The notes under the pieces: model-generated | Seen by the model: only the letters and a program-made list of their open reading frames with translations | Databases searched by the model: none | What the model was told of the DNA's origin: nothing | Shown here: piece after piece, positions 26,601 through 39,625 of the stretch | How positions within the stretch are numbered: position 1 is the first letter of the stretch | Layout: each line of letters opens with the position of its first letter | Position numbers and translations under genes: made by a program | Source: Anthoceros angustus | Taxonomy: Eukaryota; Plantae; Anthocerotophyta | Direction: 5' to 3' | Assembly (NCBI GenBank): GCA_010909165.1 | Contig: MU008161.1 | Span: 372,001 to 436,000, forward strand | DNA: 64,000 nucleotides

Positions 26601-27061
26601 TTGATGTACTCTACGTGTAATCAATTGAATGTAATATTTCTAGATAAAACTCACTTTAAGAGGTGTTAATTCCGTTGTGGGCGTCTTAAATTGGATGCAT
26701 TGTAGACATTGGCTCAAGCCATTTTATTTTACATTGCCTTTGGGTTCATATTATACATCATTATGTGCTTTTCATCTAAGAGTTTGTTGTGAGCTTTGTC
26801 CCTCACATATTGTTAAGGGTCCATGCCCTTTTGCTGGAGATGCTTGGAAAAGTCTGAGATGATAATTATTTGACTAAATACTGAAAGCAAACATTGAGGT
26901 ACCGCGCTTTATGTCCCAACATACCCTGAATGTGTTAGGGAATAAGTGAATTTTTGGTGACATTGCACCTAATAATTGTCCTATACTTGCAGGCAAAGAA
27001 TTTATGATTTTTTTTGGCAATAAAGCTGACCTCCGTTGGTGGCTCGATGGTTTGGTATGGA

Positions 27062-29416
27062 AAGAATCAAGGACTTGCTAGAAGGATCATCTTATGCGTA
27101 ATGAAGATAATAGAAAGTACATAATGTTTATATGAAGTATGTAGATATAGATAGTTGTAACCAAATAATCAATTAACTAATTAATAAAAGTACTTCTAGC
27201 CCTAAGAATTAAATACGAATAATTCTAGGGATTTAAGGGAGCCCTAATAAATAGTGTCCTAATAAGTCATATATTTCATCACTCCCACTCACTATGAAGT
27301 AGGGGTGAAAATTAGCTAGATAAAGAACTAAACGGCATAGCCTAACTCCCACTGTAAAGAAAACTAGGTGCCTAAAAACATAATCCAAACTTAAGATAAA
27401 TAAGCGGATTAAGTTAATAAGGAAAAAAATGCTATAGGAAAATGCTCAAATACAGCAGATGCATAAGGCTTAAATACAGGTATTCCCTAAAATCAGCTGC
27501 TTAAAATAAAAGGATAGTGCTGGATTGCCCCATCCAAAAAGCTTGTAGAAAACGGGTCGTTGTCTCCTCATCAGACAGGTGCTGGCTGATGCAGGTATGG
27601 TCATGGCGTCAAGCAAGCTATACCCAAACCTAGGATATAGGAATGCAGATGCACTAGGAGGCAGGCGTCGCCGCGCTGTGGGGCACCCGGTTCCCGGAGT
27701 CCTCAAGCTTCATTACAGTGGCGGGATGCTTGCGGCCAACTCGCGGAGCTTCTGCAAAGGAGGAAGTTGAGCACTCACAAATGCCTGCAGCCTCACTCAC
27801 ACGTCGCAACCTGGAAACCTGGCAAGAGGTCGACTTCACAATGCCCACAGACAGCACCACTCTAGCAGACCACCTTCAGTGTCTTCTTATCATCATCTGA
27901 GAGCCTAAATGATCAAGAGGAGGAGGAAGGAAGGTGGGATGCTTTCATGCCTGAGGAAGAAGGTAGGTTGGCGTCTTGCTGACTAGAGTGTTCCTAAAAG
28001 CTTGCCACGAGAACTTGACTATATGCGTCGCCCCGCTGCTGTCCATGACTGTCGATATGCAAATGCTATACAGATGCTAAGAAAATGGTGTTGAGACGGT
28101 TCACTAAAAGAATCACTGCTTAGGAAGTAGTGTGAGGACATAAGTACATGTGCGTGCCCACTGGAGGAGAAAGTCGGACCTTACATTCTGTGCGCATAAA
28201 TGCTATATCATGTCTAGGTGATACCTTGAAGAAGCCCGTGTTGTGTCCTTGTACAGACACGCATAGCTGCAGCATTGTTGATATTGGCCAATATTTGCTG
28301 GCCACTTTTTTTATCTTATGTGTTCCATAGGTGGCAAATGTGTACGGTAACAGATCAAGGGTTGACAAACATGTGACTATGTCTGTGTATGAATTTGTGG
28401 AATTGGATGCAAGGATTGCCAATGGAGAGCATGATGGAGAGAAAACGAAAGGAAAAGAACTCACATAAGATGTAGGTTAGACTTCCTTTCTTTTCTGAGA
28501 TATTATCATAATATCACTATAGATATTTAGTCACTGTAATAGTGACTATCCCCTTTATGCTCTTTGTGACAATTTGACTAGACAAAAGAGGCTGAACTAA
28601 TCACAAATTTGTTGATGCATAATGTGCAGACGTACCTAACCCAAAATGCAACAGAGAAATGGCTAATACACCTCCATGCCACAACATAGGGTTCTTCAAA
28701 CCTAGTCTTTTGCCCATGGGTGACTATGAGAACGAAGTGTATGGAGTTACCCTAGGAACAAAGTGTATGTAGTTGCCCTAGGAACAGGTGATAGGGGTGA
28801 TGTGCCAGGGTCCTATGTATGTGAGGAAACTGGTATACACATGATGAAAATAGGTGAAAAGGTTTAGTTCTAATACCATGAAGAGAATCAAGGACTTGCT
28901 CATACGATTTTATGCATTATGAAGATAATAGAAAGTACATAATGTTTACATGAAATAGGTGGTTATAGGTAGTCCTGCCTACTCCAAAGAAGAGGCCATG
29001 CCGCGGAGTGAGGAAAGTTGCTTGTTTAAGTGTAGGTGAGGAAAGTGGCTTGTTTAAGTGTAGGTGAGGAAAGTGGCTTGTTTAAGTGTATAAAGTGGCT
29101 TGTTTAAGTATAGGTGAGGAAAGTGGCTTGTTTAAGTGTAGGTGAGGAAAGTGGCTTGTTTAAGTGTAGGTGGATGAATGTTGACAACAACGGCTGCTCT
29201 TATGAACTAGGGGGATTTTTCTCATGGAAGGTCATCGCCCCTACTCAAGTACACCGAGAATCAACGATGAAAAGGAGCCCCTGGGTAGAGTTGTAATCAA
29301 AAAATCAATCAATTAATTAATAAAACTACTTCTAGCCATAATAATTAAACAACATCAATTCTAGGATTTAAGGGAGCCTTATTGAATAGTGCCCTAGTAA
29401 GTCATACATTTCATCA
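27062..29416. repeat. Diverged ~220-bp direct repeats (27062-27281 and 28884-29416, the second interrupted by ~350 bp), possibly the termini of an old TE
   Basis: Shared blocks AGAATCAAGGACTTGCT, ATGAAGATAATAGAAAGTACATAATGTTTA, ACTTCTAGCC, GATTTAAGGGAGCC and AAGTCATA.ATTTCATCA. Confidence 0.7.
29007..29172. repeat. 28-bp minisatellite (GGTGAGGAAAGTGGCTTGTTTAAGTGTA), about 6 units with one truncated
   Basis: Direct reading. Confidence 0.95.
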
Positions 29417-30091
29417 TGGAATGACCGTGCATATACCCGTCTACTCTTGTTTCTATATATTTGAAGGATGTTTTTATATGTTCCAAAGACTTTTATACCA
29501 TATTGTACTAAATATAAGACAAATGGTTTAAAATATTAATGTATTACTTTAAACTATTTTATAAAAAGTATAAAATCGGAGGAATAAATACATGGCGGGG
29601 ATACGGGAGACCGATCCTTTGAGTTGCTGATAAACGTAATTTTTCGACACTAGAGTGCCGAGCCCCGGTGCCATAAAAAGCGCACAAGGATGATTGGTAA
29701 ACTGTACCTGAGAAGTTGAACCTTGCATAAGCTAGGAATATGTACACATGTGATGCCGTGCCAAAAGAGAGAAAGACAAGGGGAACAAGGAGACACAAAA
29801 GGCAGTGGCCCCACGGACTCCCTCGACGCGGGACGGGCAGGGCACTGGGCACGGCTCTTTCCAACGGCTTGTGATCTCTCTCCACTGCCCATTTCAACTC
29901 CGTAATGCCCGCGGGGTTTATTACCTGGCCTCTTGCGGAATGCAAAATCACAGACGCGGGGCCTCGCCACCGGGAACAACAAGATTGCTTTGCGCAATCT
30001 GCATTGCTGCTGCTCGGAGCTGCTGACCTCCCTCGCCTTGCTCGCTCCGCGCCTTCTCCGCCAGTGTGTGTTGGAATTCCAGGCTTGGACG

Positions 30092-32227
30092 ATGGCGGCG
30101 GCGGCGGCGGCGGTGCGAGCTGTGACCACGCTTACCCCGGTCCCCTGGCTGTCTGTGAGCGTCAAGAGCAGCCAGGGCCGCGTCTGCGCGCAGGCGCTGG
30201 CGGCCCCTGCTCCGGTCTCCGGTGCGGTTCTCTCCTGGCAGTTCAGCAGCAGGGCCGGCGCGCCATGGCCCTGCTCGGGACTGGGAAGCTGCGCCTTCGG
30301 GAGCTCCTGGAACGGGGCGGGCGGCTGGGAGGCAGCGGAGCGGGAACCGCTGTGGCTGCCCAATGCCGCTGCGGCGGAGCTGGCCGAGGTCGGGGGAGGC
30401 GGGAGCGATGATAACGGCGGGGACGGGGGCCAGGGAGGCGGTGGCGGAGGGGGAGATCAGGGGAAGGGGGACGACGATGCCGGCAAGAACAAGGCTGAGG
30501 CTTTGCTCGCGCTCGCCACCTTGGGGCGGACTCTGGAGAGCTTGCCCGCAGATCTGGCCTATGCCATCGGGGAGGGCAGGATTCCTGGCGAAATTGTGCG
30601 TCGCTTTGCAGAGCTGGAGAGGAGTCCCTTCCTCAGCTGGTTGCTCCGATTTGGAGGGTTTAAGGAGAGGTTGCTCGCTGACGATCTTTTCCTCACCAAA
30701 GTTGCCATTGAATGTGGTGTCGGCATCTTCACCAAGGTGCTTGGGGCGGGGGCTGCTGGTTTCTAGGTGTGGCGTAATTGAGCGGTGGCTTTGCCGAGTT
30801 CAGGTTTTGGAGCAGGGGGCTCTGGTAGAGCGTGGATTTGTGCTGGCATTCGTGTGTGCAGTCCTGTCCTGACTTGCTCGTTGGATCTCGTGTCATGCTA
30901 GACGGCTGCTGAGCTGGAGCGTCGCAGGGAGAATTTTGGAAAGGAGTTGGATTTCGTCATCGCCGATGTGGTAAGGGAATTTGGTCCTGCAGGAAGATGC
31001 CGCGTGGTTGGCCTGGGGCTGGATGGACCCTAGCCAGTGTTTGATGATATCTCACTGTTTCTCCATCTCTATCGACACCTCTGACGTTGTGGGAAATGTT
31101 TTCGGGAGGCAGATTATGGCATTGATTGCCGATTTCATGCTCGTTTGGCTGCCTGCTCCGACGGTGTCTCTGCAACCTGCATTGGCTCGAGATGCCGGGA
31201 AGATAGCCAAATTCTTTTACGGCTGCCCAGACAATGCGTTCCAGGTAACTGCTTGCTATTCGAAACTCGGGTTCTTGCTCTTTCCTTTTATTAGTTTGTC
31301 TTTGAGCTCTGTTAAGTATTTGCTCTCTTCCTTCTTGTATAACAGGTTGCACTGAGGGGAACATCGTATTCACTGTTGCAACGGGTTGGGGCTATCGTGG
31401 TACGTTTCTTGGATTTCCTAAAACTGTTTATTAGCTTTCCACAATGGGCTTTAATATGTCAGATATGATTGCAGTCTGTCTGAGGTTGTCGGTGGTGTGT
31501 TTGACAGCGCAATGGCACAAAGCTTCTTGCCGTGGGAACAACAGCATCGCTGGTAAGTACCCCATTTTGTCCGAACTGTTTTGGCGGTATCCGGAATTGT
31601 ACTACGGTGTACTGCTGCTGGAGCTTGCAAGTGGAGGAATTCCTTCTGAGTGGTTATGGTAACATGATGCAGGTCGGCACTGCCAGCACGAACGCACTCA
31701 TTAGTGTTCGGCGAGCACTCGATAGTAACTTCCAGGGTGAAATAGAGGATGTGCCGATTCTACCTACAAGCCTAGCATATGGTGTCTACATGGCAATCTC
31801 AAGTAACCTGAGGTAACGTCTGCCAGTCAGATTTCTCGGTGAAGGAAAAGATCATGGAGAAGGTCTTATCCTGATTTCTGATCCATCTGCTCAATGTGAC
31901 AACAGGTACCAGGTTCTAGCTGGTGTCATTGAACAGCGGATGCTGGAACCATGGCTTCACAACCAGAAACTCGCGTTGAGCGTATTGAGTTTTGCCGTCC
32001 GGACAGGCAACACATTCCTGGGATCTCTCATGTGAGCAAATCCTTTTTCACTGCTTTGCCAGGGCTTGTACCCTAGCACAGGACTCGATGCAATGAGTTA
32101 GTGAAGCGTACGATGCCTGTCGTCCGTCTTTGCAGCACAATGTACTGACCCTGAAAGTGACCTTGTTGCTGTATGCAGGTGGGTGGACTATGCACGCTTC
32201 GTTGGAGTTCAGAAGGCTCGGGAGTGA
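30092..32227 (+). CDS. RER4: RETICULATA-RELATED 4-like chloroplast envelope protein (DUF3411). Exons 30092-30736, 30902-30970, 31113-31244, 31346-31399, 31508-31552, 31673-31812, 31906-32031, 32179-32227
   Basis: Transit-like N-terminus and Gly-rich stretch, then GGFKERLLADDLFLTKVAIECGVG, ADFMLVWLPAPTVSL, CPDNAFQV, YGVYMAISSNLRYQVLAGVIEQR and AVRTGNTFLGSLMWVDYAR; GT-AG introns in phase. Confidence 0.9.
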
Positions 32228-32981
32228 TTGAGCTTGTGACTCAAGTTATGAGCGTGGTGGCATAATTTATTCGCTGACATTATTTTTCGGCCGTCTGAAG
32301 AGGGAAGCGGAACCCTGTGAACTGGCCTGTCGCCTGTCCTGGATTTTGGGTGAGAGGAGAAGATGCAGCGCTTCGAGGTGGGGTCACCTCCGATTCATGT
32401 CGAGGTGCTAGCAGCTCTCACCACTTTTGCATGAAGTCGATGACCGCGTCCTGGCGTCCGGGAAGACGCAGTTTGGTAGTTGACGTGGAACGTGTCTTCT
32501 TGGAACTTGGTCACCTTCTCACAGTCCACAGCAGTCGCTGTGGACTGGTCACGCGATTTTGCTAATTGAACCGACTTCACCTAGGCTTTTCTGCGGCTGA
32601 GCGGGTAGGTAAAGCGTGCAGCAGGTAACCGTGCGTGGAATCTGCGTTGCCTGGAACGGGGATAGCAGCTCCTAGGAAGGACGCGAGTGCCAGAAAAAGT
32701 AGACTCCATTCCTGTGCACAAGACCGGCCACGCCACACGCCTTCATGTAATGCTGCTTCTCGATGGTGGGGTTAATAGATGCCGCGGTATCTCACTTCCT
32801 CTCCGCTACCATCTGTCCTTCAGGACTCCTGCGGGTGCAGACAGGATCTGCCGCAGCAGCTTTTGCCTGCTTGGTTGGCGGAAGGCTGCTGTCGCATTCG
32901 CCGTCTTCGGGCAGTAGAATTGTGTGCCTGTGACGCCGTCCAGCTGAGGCGGGGCTGATTGTTGGGCAGTGAGGAGTGGAC

Positions 32982-34232
32982 ATGGCTTGTCCGATGGAGG
33001 AAGCAGTGGCCCAAGGCGTGGCAATGTGCCCCTTCTTGAGGAACATTGAGAAGCCCACGAGCTTCGTGTTTTCGCCAATCCGATTTCCCCGTCTCCCCTC
33101 TCCCCAGGTAGGCTCCTTGCGCTGGTTGTGTGCGCTACCGAGTCATTTGTTCGAGACTGTTGTGTCACCGAACTCACAGCTGGAACTTGCTCCATCTATG
33201 CAGTTGAAAGGTACCCGAGGTCCAATATTTGAGGACGGGCCCTCTTTCGAGAGCGCATTCAAGCTCTTCCACGGTCAAGAGGGAGTCATCCCCTTGGCCG
33301 AACGGACCCAAGGAAAAATGGAGTCTTCTGGGCCAGAAGCTGGAACTAACAGGATGCACCCCTCGGTCGCGAATGCAGCATCCATCAGCCTCTCTGCCTT
33401 CGGGCCTTCGGGTCCGTTTGGCTTTGATGCATTTTTTGGGAAGAAGATGCACAAGAAGGAGCCAAGTTCTGGAAGGGACGACCTTCACAGCAGTTCCAAG
33501 GTGAGAAAACTGTAGTCATCACTTGTTGTGGTGCTTGGCATCGCATTGCTATGGTGACTCGTCCTTTATGCTGAATTCTGGAGTTGACATGCTTGCAATG
33601 CGATGTCGCAGATGTCGAATCACGAGGCTCTGGGCAACGAATGGCTAGCCACAGGGAACTGCCCCATTGCAAGATCCTACCGTGCCGCCACGGGTTTGTT
33701 ACCTTTAGTTGCAAACGTGCTGCAACCACCCAAAGGAATGAAGTATCGATGTCCGCCGGCTATAGTAGCTGCTCGTGCTGCATTGGCGAGGACGCAGCCT
33801 GTGAAAGCTCTCAGACCTCAGGCCTTGCCGGCCAAAGTCATGGCTGTGGGTGCCCTGGGTATAGCGTTGAACATTCCTTTAGGCGTGTGGAGAGAGCACA
33901 CGGACAAGTTTTCTCCCAGCTGGTTTGTCGCGGTGCATGCATCTGTTCCTTTCATCGCCATGCTAAGAAAGGCGGTGGTCATGCCCAAGTACGCCATGGC
34001 CTTCACCATTGGTGCGTCTGTCTTGGGCCAGGTTCTGGGTTCCCGTGCGGAGAGACTTCGTTTGAGACATGAACAGGAGGCGAGGGTAAGGACTGCTACA
34101 ACTGCTGTAGAACTGCAGGGAAGGTTGACAACTGTGGAAGAGCATGTGCTCATCCAAAGCCCGAGATGTAGTAAGCATCATGCTAGGGACGCAAACGTGG
34201 CAATCCGTGTACCTACGGCGAAGGTTTGCTGA
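32982..34232 (+). CDS. Conserved plant protein of the NHR2A/NHR2B (At5g45410/At4g25030) family. Exons 32982-33107, 33204-33500, 33612-34232
   Basis: CPFLRNI, RGPIFEDGPSFESAFKLFHG, HEALGNEWLATGNCPIARSYRA, CPPAIVAARAALART and NIPLGVWREHTDKFSPSWFVAVHASVPFIAMLRK; the family name is from recall. Confidence 0.8.
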
Positions 34233-34684
34233 GTGCTTGTAAAGGGGCATGAAGCATGTCGTATTAAATATATGCTCAATTCGTCAAGAGGTTTTGCTGC
34301 GTCATTTTTGTCCACTCATTCTATTCACTTCACGTTTTGAAGATTCACCATAGTCACCATTTTTGCCATGTGAGTTTATATGCTAGGATGGCATACTTTT
34401 CTTAGAACTTCACACATACCATCTTCAATTTGCAATTTCATCATCTCCACAAGGACGCAATGCTAGGTTGGACAAAAAGTTCATCTTGATTCAAATCGAA
34501 GCTGTTACAGGTAGATAAGAAGTATACACATGGTTTGCATGCCATCTGAGGACAACACTCTTGCGACGAACGGAGCCCTTCCTTCACACAACACAGCACA
34601 GCTTCTGCAAGGATCCGTGGTGTTCAATCGAAATTTGTAATGACTAGGCTGAAGTGCTACCAATTATTGTTACAAATTGCAGAC

Positions 34685-35874
34685 CTACAGGCCCTGGATG
34701 GTCTGGATCACTGTGTTGTGCCATGGGTCAGCGAGGTGGGCAAACAGGTTGTCCAGAGGGCCCAGTCCAGTCAAGTTGTGCTGGACGACGAACCCCAGGA
34801 AGGTTAACATAGCCAGGCGGCCTGCACACAGAAGGCATAGTCAGAAAAGAAGCGGGAAGCAAACTGGATATCCACCCCACCCTGCCATTGCAATAGAAGC
34901 TGGCTGAAAAAACGCGTACCGTTAGCGAGCTCCTTCTCCTTGTTCTCCCTGTTGACAGGGAAGTTGAGGGGGTTGAAGATGCCTCCGGGGTATCCAACAT
35001 CACCAGGGGGCAGCTTGTTGTTGGGGAAGAAGGGGTCCTGGCTTACGCTTCCAGGGTACTTGATATCCTGCCATCTTCGGACTTCGACGTAGTGGAACAG
35101 GATGAACTCAATTACGAAGAGGGTGGAGGCGGGCGCGAAGTACTCCACAGCACCGGCATCGTACCATACGGGGGTGTTCAGGATGCCGATCTTGGTGAGC
35201 AGTTCGGGGATAAGGATTCCCGCCACTCCGAGCATGGCCCATCTCCCGTTCTGAAGCTCGGCCTGGACATACCAGTTCAGGTTGGCAGGGTCCTCGCCCA
35301 GGCCCAAGGGGTCGAATCCGTTATCACCAGGCAAGCTGCAAACCCACACCAACTCAGCCATCGAGGAAGAGCTCACCTCAGGCACCAAACACAAAGCCCA
35401 GGCAACATAAAAGCTGGTTGAAGACTGCATTACCTGCCGTCGAGGTAGCTGGGTGCGGTGCTGCCGGGCAGCCACAGGGGCCTCTCGGCGGCAGCAGCCC
35501 GCACAGCGACGGAGACGGCAGGTGACGCAGACACGGCAAGCTTGGTCTGGCGCAGAGCCCGGCCGGACAGGAAAGAGGCCTTCACAGATCCCACATTCTG
35601 CACGCTCTTCTGCGCACTGCAACATTACGCGACAAACGAGCTTCAAGTCAGCCCAACCTGCCCTACATTGCTCCCGCTCTTCACGAATTCGGAGCGCGCT
35701 CCCGACTCACGTATTGAAACATTATACACTTCCATTTCTGCATTCAGCCATTCAACGCATGCAGACACAGCCTGGCAGAGCTGGAGGCGGAGGCAGCAGG
35801 GCCGGGCCGAACCTGGGGGACGGTGCGGCGGCCACGGAGGCGATGCTGGAGGAGGCGGAGACGGCGGTCGCCAT
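34685..35874 (-). CDS. LHCA4: Photosystem I chlorophyll a/b-binding protein Lhca4. Exons 35874-35813, 35616-35434, 35335-34920, 34821-34685
   Basis: [87 protein letters not shown] and HLADPWHNT. The exon 1/2 boundary was chosen as the only in-frame GT-AG option I found. Confidence 0.92.
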
Positions 35875-36499
35875 GGCTGTTCTGCTCCCGGCTCCGGTGC
35901 GGGGGATCCTGATGGGAAGCAGGCTAGTGCAAGTGCAGAGCGAGACAGGCCTTCCGGTGGGAAGACACACGCAGTGTTGGCGGAGGAGAAGGAGGTCTCC
36001 AATGAGAGCGGATAGGATGGGCGGCCCCCCTGATTGGCCCATTTTCGGCTGAGCTGCCGCGCGATTGGGCACGGCAATCCAGCGGACCTACTCGCTCCGT
36101 GGATTCTGTCTCCCATCCACGGCCGCCTCTCCTCCGGCAATCTAACCCCCTTTATCTCCTAAAAACCGCTGGCTAACGCACAGGTTTATTCCCGCGGCGA
36201 TGGAGACGAATGTTTTCCATACAACCATCCCAAAAACTAACGGGCACCAAATATGTAGAGAGTACGTGACAGTTAGTTTTTTACTAGAATAAATTAAAAA
36301 GAGGATCCATTCATGTATAACGTCTTAGAATACAAACATCTTAAAGTTCTTCTTGAAAGTTCCAAGGTAAGACCAAATATATGTTTGCGAATGAGCTCCA
36401 CCACCACTACTCCATGTAATTCTGCTTTTGCTTCGATTGTCACCGATCAATACAAGTGAACACAACTTTACATCAAACCCTGATATCTTATTCTGCATT

Positions 36500-37442
36500 G
36501 TTGACGTGTTATCAGAATGAAGAACTTTTGGCCATGTCTGCGTCATGCCCAGATCTTTGCATAGCTTCCTCTTTCACTGAGCCTCCTTAGTGGCTGTTGT
36601 GAGTGCCTTGTACTCGAACTCTGTTGAAGATAAAGAAATGGTTGCCTGTCTACGGCAGGATCAATTCACTACCGTGGATCCAGCAATAAGCAATAAGCAA
36701 TAAGCAAAGATATTCTTACGAGTATCTGCATATAAAACCCAATCTGCATCTACAAAGCACGTAAGGAGGAGGAGCTGATTTCCATAAGGTTTATAGCAAA
36801 GACCAAAGTTCGGTGTACCCTTGAGGTACTACATTTTGCGCTTAAGACAATCTAGTGGTCTTTACGTGAATTCTCAGAGAACTGCGCAATAGCATTGACT
36901 GTGTTCGAGATGTCTGGTCTCGTCTAATTACTTAGCAACATCAGTGTACCTACTCCCATGCGGTAGGGTATATTTTCCATCTCCTTTTTGTTCTGTACTA
37001 ATTGCGAACATGAGGCAGAGGAAAGTTTCACACCAAGTGCCGCAAGAGTGGCAGCTGCTCGTGCATTCTCCATGTTGAAGCGTTTGAGCATACCACCGAC
37101 ATAACTGCCCTGATGTAAATAAATAGCTCCTGTACTGTCTCTATGTACATGTATGCCAAAGATATACTTAACCTTGCCAAGGTCATTTCAAACTCCTTAC
37201 TAAGGTCAGCCTTAATCTTATTTACTAGTTCAACATTATTCCCTGTAATGACTGTGTCATCTACGTAAAGTGCAACCAGAAGAAGTGAGCTATTCTAGGG
37301 CAGCACAAAGATGTTAGAGTCAGCTTCACTTTGGACAAAGCCAATTTGCTTAAGATAGGTATCGATCCTTTCATACCACAAGCATGGGCTTTGCGTAAGT
37401 CCATAGACTGAGCGGTTTAACTTACACACCTTATGAGAAAAT
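36500..37442 (-). mobile_element. Degenerate Ty1/Copia reverse transcriptase-RNase H fragment
   Basis: Minus-strand translation KVCKLNRSVYGLTQSPCLWYERIDTYL...LLVALYVDDTVITG (YVDD at ~37256-37267), FVDADW, RRQATISLSSTEFEYKAL and HSDN; stops and frameshifts present. Confidence 0.92.
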
Positions 37443-38079
37443 TGTTAGAATTATGGGTTTAGTTTAACCTATCAGTTATTCTTTGAGTTGACCTTGGGAA
37501 GTAACCTATCCCAAGGAGTTTGGCAATTTCTTTTGAGCATTTCAGCCTTGGACAACTTGCAGCAATAGCAGCTAGAGACTCGTTTTTAGTATATACTGCC
37601 CTAACTTCAAGCCACGACGAGATGAGGTGCCTAAGGGCGTAGTACTGTAATTGCTACCAGGATTGTAGAGACTCAAGCCATTACATGAGTGTGCAGAATT
37701 TTCCAAGATTCTGAGCATCTTGCTGCTAGCTACCAAGAGGCGCCACGGGATCTTGTGGCGGTTGGTGAAGTTGCCACTTGGACGGTACCCTAACTTTTCG
37801 TTTCCAGTTGGCATCCTTTCACAACCCCTGAGTTCTCCTTCTCCTTTTCAATCTGTAGTTGATTTGATGGCAAAAGCCGATTGACCAGCAAGGTGAAATT
37901 CAATATTGTGATGCGATTGCGGTGGTGGAGTGCCAAATCCGACGTCCGCATTTTGGCGCTTTGTTTTGCTTTTTTCGGTCACATCGTTAAGAGGGATAGG
38001 GAGGAGTTAGTCAATAAGGCCATTGGCCGATTTACAAGGTAATCCCTAGACCTCGCTTGGAGGACGAGTGGTCCGTCTG

Positions 38080-38570
38080 GGCGAGGTCCGACGGAGTGGT
38101 CCGGCCCGGCAGGGTCCGACGGAGGGTCTGCCCGGGCGAGGTCCGACGGAGTGGTCCGTCTGCTGGTGTCCCGAGGTCCGGCCCGGCGTTGGAGGACGGA
38201 GTGGTCATTCGGCGTAGGTCCGAGGTCTGGCTCGCGGTCCGACGGAGTGGTCTGCCCGGCGAGGGTCTGGCTGGAAAGTGGTCTGGCTCGGGCAGGTCTG
38301 GACGGAGGGTCTGCCCGGCGAGGTCTGACGGAGGGTCTGCCCGGGCGAGGTCCGACGAGTGGTCTGCCCGGCGAGGGTCTGCCCGGCGAGGGTCTGCCCG
38401 GGCGAGGTCTGACGGAGTGGTCTGCCCGGCGAGGTCTGACGGAGTGGTCTGGCTCGGGCGAGGTCTCGACGGAGTGGTCTGCCCGGGCGAGGTCCGACGG
38501 AGGGTCTGCTCCTTGAGAGGTCCGGCGGAGTGGTCTGCCCGGCGAGGTCCGACGGAGTGGTCGCCGGTGG
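38080..38570. repeat. 27-bp tandem array in the X LTR (CCCGGCGAGGTCCGACGGAGTGGTCTG), roughly 17 units; counterpart at ~54640-55100
   Basis: Direct reading; no spacers between units. Confidence 0.9.
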
Positions 38571-38953
38571 TTTAGTTTGGTGGCATCGCCGCATGGATCT
38601 TGTTTGGGAAGTACGGCAAGAAGTCCGGCGTTGGATGAGCTACGCCCGAGCTACCACCTGTGTTAGGGGTACATACATAGTGTATAGGGATACATACATA
38701 GGCGGGTTAGGTTAGGGTATGGGAGTATATAGGAAGGCTCGGCGCCACAACGGCAGTACTATCCGGGTACCATCTTCGCTCTGTGTTTGCCTCCGTGCTC
38801 GAGGAGCGGAGTGAGTTCTCGCCACACCGCGGTGATTAAGTGGTGGTAGAGGATGTGTTAGAGCTCGGTGACGAGCTCCGCCAACCCGCTTGATGGCAGA
38901 CCGGGATCGGACTCGAGCTCAGGAGGTGCTCACGGGTGATTTCTAGAGACTAA

Positions 38954-39175
38954 CCTTGGAGGTCATTGAACGGAGGTCGGGGATGCAGTGAAGCCACTTC
39001 TCCAATGAAGCAACGGGAGGGGATTAGGAGGCGCTTGGGGTGACTCACGGGCGGAAGCCATCCTTGGAGGCTGAACGGAGGTCAGGGATGCTAGCCACTT
39101 CTCCGTAACGTGAAGTGAGGGATTAGGAGGCGCTGGGGTGACTCGGAAGCCATCCTTGGAGGTCATTGAACGGAG
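38954..39175. repeat. ~100-bp tandem repeat in the X LTR: 3 unit starts in the 5' LTR (38954, 39062, 39154) and 4 in the 3' LTR (55504, 55604, 55709, 55813)
   Basis: Units begin CCTTG(G)AGG and contain AACGGAGGTC.GG.TGCAG, AACGTGAAG and GATTAGGAGGCGCT.GGGTGAC. Confidence 0.85.
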
Positions 39176-39611
39176 GGTTGTAGCCCAAAGTTACTCCGCA
39201 GAACGTGAAGCGGAAGGTAAAGGCGGTGTGAATACATCGCGTGTTGGTGTTGTGACTACTAGCCGGGAATGGATAAGGGAGAAGGGTCTACGCTGCGTGT
39301 GTTGAGGTGGACAGAGTGGTGAGTGAGCGCACTGGGCGCTTAGAGCACGAGCAAGGAACGGGCGTCAAAAACCTCGCTCCAGTATGCCGAGAAACCGCGG
39401 GTTTGTGGAAGGTCCGGTACGCGCTACCGGGTCCGACGAGTTGTGGAGGGGCACACACTTAGGGTTGTGGAGCCGGACCCAACCTCGATGAAGTCCGCTT
39501 CAGCGAGTCAGAGCTCGTGCATTGGGCACGAGACCATTCCTTGGGAACGGACTCCTTCCTACAACGACACGGATTGTGCGCTACTACCGGGCTGCAAAGT
39601 CGCACACATTT

Positions 39612-39625
39612 TGGCGCTGCCGGGA
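39612..39625 (+). promoter_or_regulatory. Primer-binding site TGGCGCTGCCGGGA (tRNA-Asp-like), identical at 44217-44230
   Basis: Lies 3 nt after LTR-terminal CA in both X and Y; resembles the Athila PBS TGGCGCCGTTGCCGGGGA with small deletions. Confidence 0.75.

Noticed and set aside
38080-38570. 27-bp array as a CRISPR array
   Set aside because: Units are contiguous with no unique spacers, lie inside an LTR, and the context is a plant nuclear genome.
38702-38718. GGGTTAGGTTAGGG as an interstitial telomere
   Set aside because: Only about two imperfect units within an LTR promoter region.
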